IMG/VR virus record: IMGVR_UViG_3300020042_006956
Location: 1 to 48,033 of that record
Length of the DNA stretch: 48,033 nt
From: a virus
Taxonomy: Duplodnaviria; Caudoviricetes
Direction: 5' to 3' (one strand)
A program made the translations under genes and the position numbers. The notes beneath the pieces were generated by a model. It worked only from the letters and a program-made list of their open reading frames with translations, did not search any database and was not told the origin of the DNA. Positions 26,436-34,857 of this stretch are shown piece after piece (position 1 is the first letter of the stretch; every line of letters begins with the position of its first letter).

Positions 26436-27250
26436 TACAATTTACCAGTGTACTGAGCAACAGCAGGCATATTACCTGTAAATGCATACGTGCCGATATG
26501 TTGAGTACGCATCCAAGGACACAGATAAATCTGACCACCCATCTTACGCCACATCTGACAGAACATATAATCTTCACTTAGATAACGATCAGAGCCACCA
26601 CCAGTAATGCTATTGGTAGTATCAATCACGGTATCAAAGTATGCATGAATATAACGTGAGCCATCAAAATTTGCTTGACCAACATGATCAGGCTTGTAAC
26701 GAATATTAGGATATTCTTTAGCCATTTTCTCAAACACTTCACGTTTAATTAACATGAAGCCTGTACCAATTTCCATAACTTCGAGTGGGTCTGAAACTGA
26801 GAATTGTTGTGTTCCTTTGACTACGTTGAAAACGTATTCACCAACAAGGTTTTCCAATTCTTTAGGATTCAGATCGGGATGTTTACGTGCCGTATCAGCC
26901 ACGTTACCCCAATTGATAGACTTCTTAGGATATGGACCACCGATAACATCTTTATCGAGTGCCATCAATGCAACAACATCTTGCGGACTGAAATGAATAT
27001 CAGAATCGATAAACAATAAGTGTGTGTGATCTGTACGTAGAAATTCATCTACGAGATAGTTTCTGGCACGAGTGATGAGTGATTCATTGAACAAGAATGA
27101 AAATTTTGTTTCAATTCCATACTGCATCATCGTAGTTTGTAAGTCAAGGCAAGACTTAACATACAAGCCATGTGACATACCGCCATACATTGGTGTTGCC
27201 ACAAATAGTTTGTGTTTTCTTAGTTCTTCTAAATTAACTTGAATGTTCAT
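26435..27250 (-). CDS. GT-A-fold glycosyltransferase-like protein
   Basis: VATPMYGG, ESLITRARN, LFIDSDI (DxD), GTGFMLIKR, LSEDYMFC; start MNIQVN. Confidence 0.75.
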   Translation of the reverse strand: MNIQVNLEELRKHKLFVATPMYGGMSHGLYVKSCLDLQTTMMQYGIETKFSFLFNESLITRARNYLVDEFLRTDHTHLLFIDSDIHFSPQDVVALMALDKDVIGGPYPKKSINWGNVADTARKHPDLNPKELENLVGEYVFNVVKGTQQFSVSDPLEVMEIGTGFMLIKREVFEKMAKEYPNIRYKPDHVGQANFDGSRYIHAYFDTVIDTTNSITGGGSDRYLSEDYMFCQMWRKMGGQIYLCPWMRTQHIGTYAFTGNMPAVAQYTGKL

Positions 27251-27317
27251 ATTATATCCATAAAAAAGAGTGAAGATACTCTTATATATCTCCACTCACC
27301 CCATTTACTAAGGTAGT

Positions 27318-27569
27318 TTAGCAAAAAGCTTGCACGCCAAGGGTTGCATATGCCGCAGCAATCATAGCACGTGTTGGCTTACCTAAACGGTAAGTTGTAA
27401 CGCCTTCTTTACGTTTGTTGGTATAGATGCTGTAACCCTTTGCACGGAGTTCAGCAATACGTGCGGACAAATTAGAAATGCCAAAACGTGTTAATGCGGT
27501 TGCTTCAGTTAAGTCTTTACCAGATTGAAAAAACTTGATCAGTTTTTCGTTTTGTGATACTGTTGCCAT
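27318..27569 (-). CDS. Small winged-helix HTH DNA-binding protein
   Basis: LTEATALTRFGISNLSARIAELRAKGYSI...YRL; start MATVSQ after GGAG. Confidence 0.7.
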   Translation of the reverse strand: MATVSQNEKLIKFFQSGKDLTEATALTRFGISNLSARIAELRAKGYSIYTNKRKEGVTTYRLGKPTRAMIAAAYATLGVQAFC

Positions 27570-27648
27570 AAATGAAACTCCAATAATAAAAAATATGCCG
27601 CACTTTTCAAAACATCTGAGAGGCGGCACTTCTCTCTAGATACTGTTA

Positions 27649-27676
27649 ATTATACAGTACTTAGATTATAAGTCAA
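27649..27676 (-). promoter_or_regulatory. Sigma70-like promoter TTGACT-N16-TATAAT
   Basis: Intergenic, upstream of the HTH gene. Confidence 0.65.
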
Positions 27677-27697
27677 TGGTTTAACAGGCAAACCTGA

Positions 27698-28882
27698 TTA
27701 AAATGTAATATCATCCGTTGACACTGGAGCTTCTGGAGCTTCGGCAGCAGTAACTTCATTTAGCTTTACACCAGCATCAATTTTTGAATACAAATCAAGA
27801 AAGGAAGCCTTAGTATCAGCATCAAAACGATTTAAGCAGTACTGAATTGCCTTAACTTTATCACCGAAGATACCGTAAGTTTTTGCAATATGAACCAAAC
27901 GGCGGGTTGATATAACCTCATCACAACCACTATCAGCAAAAGTTTTACGAATTACTTCAGCCCACGATACAAGTTTGTCAGCAAATTCTGTATCGACCTT
28001 ACCAGCATACTCTAATTCTTTTGCAATGATTTTTTTCTCGACACGTGCTGGTGGCCAATCTTGCTCAAACGTATTAGGAAAACGTTCTAAGAAAGCCTCG
28101 TTCAATACATTAGTAAACATAAAACGACCGTCATCAGAACCTTTACCTTTTGTATTAGCAGTGGCAAACACTGTAAAGCCTTCAGCAGGAACGACTAATT
28201 CATTTTTCTTTTTCAATAAGAAAGGCTTACCTTCAAACACACGTTGTAGTGCAGATAGATTAGCTGCACCATAGTCAATTTCATCAACACAAAGTACAGC
28301 ACCTTGACGAGCAGCCACAGTAACAGGACCATCACGCCATTCCATCTGACCGTTAATCAAAACAAAGTTACCAAGAAGATCACCCTCATCGGTATCTGGT
28401 GTCATTGATACACAAACATATTTACGACCTAGCTTGGCACAAGCCTGCTCAATCGACATAGTTTTACCGTTACCAGATTGACCAGTCACAAATACTGGAA
28501 AGAATTTCTTAGAGGATATAATTGAAACGATATCGTCAAAGTTACCAAACGGAACGTAGTTAGGATATTTTGCTGGTACCAGATCGTTTAATTCAAGATC
28601 AGTAACCACATTTGAGATACGACTACCAGAGGAAGGCTCAACAGGTTTTGCTAACGGAATAACTTGTGCTGATAAATTAGGAATATCAGCAGAGACCGCA
28701 TTAGAATTAGGTACACGATACATACCACGACCAACACGATTATTCTCATCTTTAGTAAACCACTGAGGACTTGCAAGCCCTAGTTGTGCTGCAATAGCTT
28801 TAGCCTCTTGGCGGCTTACTTCAGTCTTACCAGTAGCAATAAGAGCATTGAAAAACTTCTCACGATTCTCAGAACGACTCAT
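27698..28882 (-). CDS. cobS: CobS/CbbQ/MoxR-like AAA+ ATPase
   Basis: GQSGNGKT, LCVDEID, ATANTKGKG, NEAFLERF, ISTRRL. Confidence 0.88.
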   Translation of the reverse strand: MSRSENREKFFNALIATGKTEVSRQEAKAIAAQLGLASPQWFTKDENNRVGRGMYRVPNSNAVSADIPNLSAQVIPLAKPVEPSSGSRISNVVTDLELNDLVPAKYPNYVPFGNFDDIVSIISSKKFFPVFVTGQSGNGKTMSIEQACAKLGRKYVCVSMTPDTDEGDLLGNFVLINGQMEWRDGPVTVAARQGAVLCVDEIDYGAANLSALQRVFEGKPFLLKKKNELVVPAEGFTVFATANTKGKGSDDGRFMFTNVLNEAFLERFPNTFEQDWPPARVEKKIIAKELEYAGKVDTEFADKLVSWAEVIRKTFADSGCDEVISTRRLVHIAKTYGIFGDKVKAIQYCLNRFDADTKASFLDLYSKIDAGVKLNEVTAAEAPEAPVSTDDITF

Positions 28883-28912
28883 AATATAAACTCCTCATCA
28901 CAATATACACAT

Positions 28913-28941
28913 ATTATACCATTATACTGGTGGTTTGTCAA
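28913..28941 (-). promoter_or_regulatory. Consensus sigma70 early promoter TTGACA-N17-TATAAT
   Basis: Perfect -35 and -10 with 17-nt spacer, upstream of GAGGAG and the ATG at 28882. Confidence 0.85.
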
Positions 28942-28993
28942 GGCAATTTCAGACCGTTGTTATTATGCAACATGTTTCTTTTTTAACAACAGT

Positions 28994-31306
28994 TTATGCT
29001 GCTATACCCTGAATAAACTTAGTAACCAGCACACGATTCACTTTACGGTCTTTAGAGTACTTCATAAAAGCTTTAGTCAAGCTTGTGGTAGTCACTTTGC
29101 CCGTCACTACAATTTCCTCATCCTCAACTGATAGATCATTACCATCTGGCAACATATAGAATGAATCGTAACCTGCATTTTTAGATTCAAGAAATTTTTC
29201 TTTTCTTAATTTTCTAGATGCCTCAGTGATTTTACTTTTCAATTCAAAGTATGCACCATGATTACTTTTAGTTGAGTTTTTCAAATTATCAATTTCAGGA
29301 GTAGAAAATCTACGATACAATGCATTCTTACCACGTGGACCTGCAGGTACTAAAAAGAAACCAAAGATTTTAACGCCAGTAGTTTTTGCTAACCATTCTG
29401 CAACCCCAACACGCAGGCCATCATCTTCAGATAAATCAACTTCAATTTGAATTTTACTTTTGCTATCTGATAAGATATTATTATCATAAGCACCTAACCA
29501 TTTAGTTTTACCATCTAAATAAACGGTATTAACTTCATCAGCATCACCATCGTGAACAATGGCAAGATTCACAATATCAAGACCATTTGTTCTACGGAAT
29601 TCATTGATAAGTGGTTGCAGTGCTACTAACGCCTCGGTCATTGGTGTGTTACTTAAACATTCTGAACGTGGACGTAGAAAATATCTTGCTGTTTCAAATG
29701 CACTCATAAGACAAACAAGATTTTTTACTGCATTTTGAAATTCAGCATTACCCATTCTTGAATTAATATATTCACGTAAGTACACATTACTAAATGTCAA
29801 TTCGTTTTCATTTTGGCTGAAACATAAATCTTTATATGAAGATTCAGGATAATCAATATTACGTACTGCCGAAGCATTACCAAAACCATAAACAGTAAAT
29901 GGTATATTAACTTTACGACAAAACATAGCTAAGATAAGAATCTGTTCAATTGACGAAGCCATATTTTGATTCATCGAACCAGATTTATCTAATAGCAACA
30001 CTAAGCCATGTGATTTACCTTTAGGTATCTTAGCCATCTTACGGAAGATATTATCATCCGTTTGAAACTTATAAAGCTTAGATATATCGATATCACCAGA
30101 GGTAGATATTTTTACTTTTGAAAATTTATCTGCTGCTTTACGCATTTCAAATTCTTTTGCTAACATTGAAATAAAACGTTCATTCTTACGTTTAAATTCA
30201 ACATACAATTCATTTGAATTTTTTGTATATGATTCTATACCAGATTGAGTAATTAACTCATTAGTTAAAATACTATTAACAACTTTTGCAGGAGTAATAA
30301 TATTTTTTAAGTTAGGTGTTGGTAGCTTAATATAGTTATAATTGCGGCTAGATTTATCAACCAAACTTTGTTCATTCTTACGGAATTCATTATCAGTTTC
30401 ACATACAGGATCAAAGTCCTCATCATAAGTATTAGATTGTTTGAAACGATTTATAGCATTAGATTCATCATCAGATTCATCACCATCATCACCATCATCA
30501 GAATCAGAATCACCATCTTCACCTTCATCATCAGATTCATCACCAGAATCTTTTGTTTTTTTATTTGCTTTCTCACCGTCATCGGCATCAGGATCTAGTT
30601 TACCTGACGATTCAGAATCAGCTTGACCTGTCTCACCGTCTTGATCTTGACCGTAATCAAAATCATTGTCATCACCATCATTGTCATTATCATTCATTTC
30701 ACCATCAGAAAATTCATAGTTTTCTGGCAATTGACTTTGTTCCTGTTTTGAATATTCCCAAACCAATTCAGTAACATCTAAAGTATCTTGCCATGTTTCA
30801 ATAGCTTTAACTTTTTCTAATAATACTTTTTCAGTATCATTAAATTCTACATCCAAAGTATAATCAGATTTAGTAAATAAGTTTAAACGATCAATAAACG
30901 GTAATACATTGACATCTTTATCTTTGATGCCGAAGAAATTACGTTTTAATAAATCGTCATAACCTAATACAAATGATTTACGTAAACCGGGATAACGGCG
31001 CTTGATACGTTTTTCGATACGTGCATCTTCAACGACATTCAAGAAGCCTTTGTAATTTTTACCACGAGTAGATACTGCATCATGCCAACCTTCGACAGGA
31101 GTATCATGTGCATGACCAACTTCATGACCCATCAAAAGATCATATAAAGGACCGTCCATCTTTTCCCAGATAGGGCAATATAATGTACGTGATTTAGGAT
31201 CAAAAGCCGCAGTGGGAATCTTTTGATGTTGAATATTAATATTTTCTGTAGCCAGCAATTTAGCTAACTGAGATTTGGATTCGACTGAAAATAATGTATT
31301 AGTCAT
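28994..31306 (-). CDS. CobT-like protein: HExxH metallopeptidase-like N-domain, acidic linker, VWA domain
   Basis: GHEVGHA, NVVEDARIE, D/E/S/G-rich linker, LLLDKSGSM MIDAS, TPM, HDGD. Confidence 0.85.
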   Translation of the reverse strand: MTNTLFSVESKSQLAKLLATENINIQHQKIPTAAFDPKSRTLYCPIWEKMDGPLYDLLMGHEVGHAHDTPVEGWHDAVSTRGKNYKGFLNVVEDARIEKRIKRRYPGLRKSFVLGYDDLLKRNFFGIKDKDVNVLPFIDRLNLFTKSDYTLDVEFNDTEKVLLEKVKAIETWQDTLDVTELVWEYSKQEQSQLPENYEFSDGEMNDNDNDGDDNDFDYGQDQDGETGQADSESSGKLDPDADDGEKANKKTKDSGDESDDEGEDGDSDSDDGDDGDESDDESNAINRFKQSNTYDEDFDPVCETDNEFRKNEQSLVDKSSRNYNYIKLPTPNLKNIITPAKVVNSILTNELITQSGIESYTKNSNELYVEFKRKNERFISMLAKEFEMRKAADKFSKVKISTSGDIDISKLYKFQTDDNIFRKMAKIPKGKSHGLVLLLDKSGSMNQNMASSIEQILILAMFCRKVNIPFTVYGFGNASAVRNIDYPESSYKDLCFSQNENELTFSNVYLREYINSRMGNAEFQNAVKNLVCLMSAFETARYFLRPRSECLSNTPMTEALVALQPLINEFRRTNGLDIVNLAIVHDGDADEVNTVYLDGKTKWLGAYDNNILSDSKSKIQIEVDLSEDDGLRVGVAEWLAKTTGVKIFGFFLVPAGPRGKNALYRRFSTPEIDNLKNSTKSNHGAYFELKSKITEASRKLRKEKFLESKNAGYDSFYMLPDGNDLSVEDEEIVVTGKVTTTSLTKAFMKYSKDRKVNRVLVTKFIQGIAA

Positions 31307-31321
31307 TTGATATGATCTCTA

Positions 31322-31516
31322 TTAATGAACATTCAGTATATCAGCTTCTACCATGTTTGTCAAGTAGAAATCTAATTGTTGACGAACTGTTTCATTTTTA
31401 GCAATCTCATTTAAGATTGCAGGTAGACCGTGATATTGTATTGCAGCAATGACATCATTCACACATGTGTGAAAATGCATCTCTTGCTCATCTGATAACT
31501 GTTGCCAAATTGACAT
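31322..31516 (-). CDS. Hypothetical protein
   Basis: GAGGAG SD before MSIWQQ at 31516; has its own promoter. Confidence 0.6.
   Translation of the reverse strand: MSIWQQLSDEQEMHFHTCVNDVIAAIQYHGLPAILNEIAKNETVRQQLDFYLTNMVEADILNVH
31335..31363 (-). promoter_or_regulatory. Sigma70-like promoter TTGACA-N17-TATACT for the VWA gene
   Basis: Embedded in the 3' end of the small upstream ORF. Confidence 0.7.
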
Positions 31517-31543
31517 TTTACTCTCCTCATTCACCATACTTCT

Positions 31544-31572
31544 ATTATCGCACAGAATGCGGTAAAAGTCAA
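31544..31572 (-). promoter_or_regulatory. Sigma70-like promoter TTGACT-N17-GATAAT
   Basis: Intergenic; 17-nt spacer. Confidence 0.65.
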
Positions 31573-31597
31573 GGGTTTTATGAGGAGATAAAAGTGT

Positions 31598-32278
31598 TTA
31601 CTTTATAGCAATAAAAGCTGTAAATCCGTAGTTTTGCCAGAACGAATCTATTTTTTGGAAGGAGAAACCAGCCGTAGCACACTTGCTGATCAATTCATTG
31701 CGAGTATTTAGCTTCATCATGTGACGAAGTTGTTTTTCTTTGTTGAGAATATCTTCTGCGGTAAAATGCTCACGTTTGTAATCATAATATGTAAACGTTT
31801 TAATTTCTTGTATCTTAGAATATTCCGATACAGTTTTTTCTGCAAATATAAATGCACCGCCAGGATTTAATCCATCATAAATTTGACGAATAATATCTAG
31901 TCGTTGTACTTCAGGAATGAATTGTAAAGTGAATATTGATGTCACTAGAGAACAGTTATTAAATCTGAAGTCACGAACATCGCCACGATGATAAGACAAA
32001 TAATCATATCTCTCTTCATCTTGATCATAAGTTTTATAAAAATCTTCTTCAACTTCAATACCAACGTATTGTGCATCAGGAGCAAATTTGTTTTGCTCTA
32101 TCATTGCTTTCAATAGCTTACCAGTAGAACAACCAACGTCAACAACATCGGTATTATCTTCTACAAAGTATTCGGAATATTTTAATACATCATTCCATAG
32201 ATTAGTATAACCACGAATCGAATGCTCGATGTGATTATCAAAACCTTCTTCTCTTTGTGCAAAAGTAAATTTTGTCAT
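31598..32278 (-). CDS. cmoA: CmoA-like (carboxy-SAM synthase family) SAM-dependent enzyme
   Basis: FDNHIEHSIRGY, DVGCSTG, SIFTLQFI, LNPGGAFIFAEK, WQNYGF. Confidence 0.8.
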   Translation of the reverse strand: MTKFTFAQREEGFDNHIEHSIRGYTNLWNDVLKYSEYFVEDNTDVVDVGCSTGKLLKAMIEQNKFAPDAQYVGIEVEEDFYKTYDQDEERYDYLSYHRGDVRDFRFNNCSLVTSIFTLQFIPEVQRLDIIRQIYDGLNPGGAFIFAEKTVSEYSKIQEIKTFTYYDYKREHFTAEDILNKEKQLRHMMKLNTRNELISKCATAGFSFQKIDSFWQNYGFTAFIAIK

Positions 32279-33507
32279 AACGATTCCTTGTATGGCTTCA
32301 ATATTTTTTCATAAACGTTTGATGCTAATGCTGCCATCATCTTTGGTGCAACCATGCGACCAAGTCTTTCTGCTTGCTGATCAAATTTACCAGTGAGTTG
32401 ATAATCATCTGGAATACTCATTAATACTTTCAATTCTTTAATTGTCAACTTACGATTCTTAGCATAATGAAATACACCACTCACACCTTTTTGTTGACCT
32501 GCTTGTGTCAATGTCGGTGATGGTAACTGTATAGCTGGTCGAATCATATTGAAACAAGAACCTTTGGGATTCTTATCACGAAACTCAGGATCAGATGGTT
32601 TAGTATGTCTAGTAGGATTGAATGGTAACAGTTCAACGAATTTCTTTTGAAATGAACCTTCAACAAAATCTAGCAACTCTTTCTCTTCTACAGGATCATT
32701 CTCAAGATGATCAATCGCATCTTTAATACCAATATGTTTTGGTGTAATGGGTTCAGGATACGTCATCGATGACATATTCAAAAAACTTAGACCGATTTTC
32801 TCAGCAACATCTTCTCGTACACAAACAAAGAATAAACGTTCACGTGCTTGTGGTACGCCATAATCAGCAGCATTCAATACATGATGAGTGACAAGATAAC
32901 CTAGTTGTTCAAATGCATTTTGAAACTCAGTCAACTTCTTACGTGCTTCACCCATCGTAATACCTTTTACATTCTCAGCAATAATTACTTTGGGTTTAAT
33001 TTCTTTAGCAATACGAATGTACTCAAAGAATAAATCTTCAATAGCTTCTACTACTTGATCATCGGAATACTTCTTGACACCTGACTTCACTTCAATACCA
33101 CCAGACGATACAATCTCACCTGTATCAAAGTCAAAGTAACTTTCAGAATCGTATTTTGTTGCACCCTTCCAGTTCTTCTCACGTTTACCTGCTACAGAAA
33201 AAGCAGAGCACGGTGGTGATCCATCAAGTATATCTAATTCTCCAGGATTTAATTTTGCAGCATCAAGTAAATCCTGACCTGTTATCTTTTTGATGTCACC
33301 TGGAATAACTTTAGTGTCGGGAAAATTCATAGAATATGTTTTGATAGCTTCTTCTACAAATTCATTAATCGCAATTACTCTACCGCCAGCAAGTCGATAA
33401 CCCGTAGAACTACCACCACCGCCAGCAAATGTACTGACAACGGTAAATAGATTACGTGACGATGACTTCTTTACATCATCAATCGAATAGTGTTCGTACT
33501 TGCTCAT
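32275..33507 (-). CDS. C5-cytosine DNA methyltransferase family enzyme, probable carboxymethyltransferase
   Basis: Motif I FAGGGG, IV GSPPCSAFS, VI ENV, VIII QARER; motif X reads LGRMV instead of GN(A/S)V; start MSKYEH. Confidence 0.85.
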   Translation of the reverse strand: MSKYEHYSIDDVKKSSSRNLFTVVSTFAGGGGSSTGYRLAGGRVIAINEFVEEAIKTYSMNFPDTKVIPGDIKKITGQDLLDAAKLNPGELDILDGSPPCSAFSVAGKREKNWKGATKYDSESYFDFDTGEIVSSGGIEVKSGVKKYSDDQVVEAIEDLFFEYIRIAKEIKPKVIIAENVKGITMGEARKKLTEFQNAFEQLGYLVTHHVLNAADYGVPQARERLFFVCVREDVAEKIGLSFLNMSSMTYPEPITPKHIGIKDAIDHLENDPVEEKELLDFVEGSFQKKFVELLPFNPTRHTKPSDPEFRDKNPKGSCFNMIRPAIQLPSPTLTQAGQQKGVSGVFHYAKNRKLTIKELKVLMSIPDDYQLTGKFDQQAERLGRMVAPKMMAALASNVYEKILKPYKESL

Positions 33508-34291
33508 GCGTTTTCCAATCTCGGTATACATCTAACATACGTTTACGTTTCTTAAAGTTTATTATATCAGATTCTAACAGTTTTTCAAAGGCTTTGTCAA
33601 CACTTGCTCCTAATTGGAGATTAATATGTGCTTTAGGTTTGCCTATTTGTTTAAACTCCGGGAATGCTTCCTGCACGTGATGTTTCTGATACGGTTTATT
33701 TAATTCGAACCAATCGTATTGTCGGAAGAAATCTGATACTGTTTGCTCAAGATATGGGGCAATAAAATATTTACCGTGATTCAAACTTAAAAATTGTTGC
33801 TGCAAAAGTCCTGCAGGATTGTCTTGCCCAAAATAATCTTCTCGGAAAGTATCAAATAAAGATTTTGGTTGTTTAAAATGCATACATGCTCGTTTCGATA
33901 CACCGTAGTGCCCATCGGCAGCAATGCCAGATAGAATATATTTTTCTTCTATCTTAGGATAGATGTACATGAATGGATAAGTACATTCATAGTGAGTTTT
34001 CTTAACACACTTCCATCGATTCTTCAAAGTAAAAAAATCAGATTCAGATATCGTTGACGGCACAACTACTGTAGTACATTCCCATCCCATTTTAGTAGAT
34101 GTGTCATTTGCTTTCTTAGCATCATAAGTTTCATTGCCTTCTAGATGAAATGTATACGCATGAACTTTTTTGCCTAGTCGATGAGCAGTAAGTGCCAACG
34201 ACAAAGAATCAGTTCCACCAGAAAGTAAAACTGCAACTTCTTTATCAGGAACTTGTTCTCGAACAATTTCTTCTAGAATTTTATCGATCAT
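33479..34291 (-). CDS. Asparagine-synthetase-like ATP-dependent amide ligase (no glutaminase domain)
   Basis: VLLSGGTDS PP-loop, LSGIAADGHYG, APYL; only 270 aa. Confidence 0.75.
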   Translation of the reverse strand: MIDKILEEIVREQVPDKEVAVLLSGGTDSLSLALTAHRLGKKVHAYTFHLEGNETYDAKKANDTSTKMGWECTTVVVPSTISESDFFTLKNRWKCVKKTHYECTYPFMYIYPKIEEKYILSGIAADGHYGVSKRACMHFKQPKSLFDTFREDYFGQDNPAGLLQQQFLSLNHGKYFIAPYLEQTVSDFFRQYDWFELNKPYQKHHVQEAFPEFKQIGKPKAHINLQLGASVDKAFEKLLESDIINFKKRKRMLDVYRDWKTHEQVRTLFD

Positions 34292-34857
34292 TTTTTTCTA
34301 CGTTTTACTGATTTAATGATTTTTGCTTGTCTCTTTTTTGCCATACGTAGTGCTAATGGTTTTATATAATCTACAAAACGAATGCCGTTCATATGATCGA
34401 GTTCATGCAAGTAGCAACGTGCAGTTACCCCATCAAGTTTGATTTGTTGTGTTTGACCGTTCTCATCTAAAAATTCTGCTATGATCCATTTTGGTCGAGG
34501 TATCTTCAAAAACAATCCTGGAAACGATAAGCATCCTTCTTCGGCAGATTCCATTTCTGTTTAGGCTTCAACTACTTTTGGATTGATACATACCAATTGA
34601 AAATCATCGGATCCAATTAAAAACACTCGTTCAAATACACCGCATTGATTTGCAGATAAACCTATACCTGCATATTTTCCAATCGCACCTTTCATTCTCT
34701 TAACTAAGGTATTCATAGGTTGATTAGGCAATGGTGTTGTATACTCTGGTATAACTTTAAACAACATTGGATGTGTTTCACCATAAATTGATAACGGCTC
34801 AACTTTTTCTTGATAAGTTAATCCTGCTGTAGTATCAATAGTTAAAAAATTACTCAT
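34288..34857 (-). pseudogene. def: Peptide deformylase interrupted by one in-frame TAA (34561-34563)
   Basis: Motif 1 GIGLSANQ lies before the stop; motifs 2 EGCLS and 3 HELDH lie after it in the same frame: GAA GCC TAA ACA GAA ATG. Confidence 0.8.

Noticed and set aside
30455-30720. TCA/TCATCA-rich repeats, including a duplicated TCATCATCAGATTCATCACCA
   Set aside because: They encode the Asp/Glu/Ser/Gly linker of the VWA protein; no spacer structure, so not CRISPR or a mobile repeat.
27698-31306. Cobalamin biosynthesis (cobST)
   Set aside because: No cobN or other cob genes; the pair fits the generic phage MoxR/VWA module.
34561-34563. Stop-codon reassignment (alternative genetic code)
   Set aside because: TAA, TAG and TGA all end genes normally elsewhere in the window and only one gene is interrupted.
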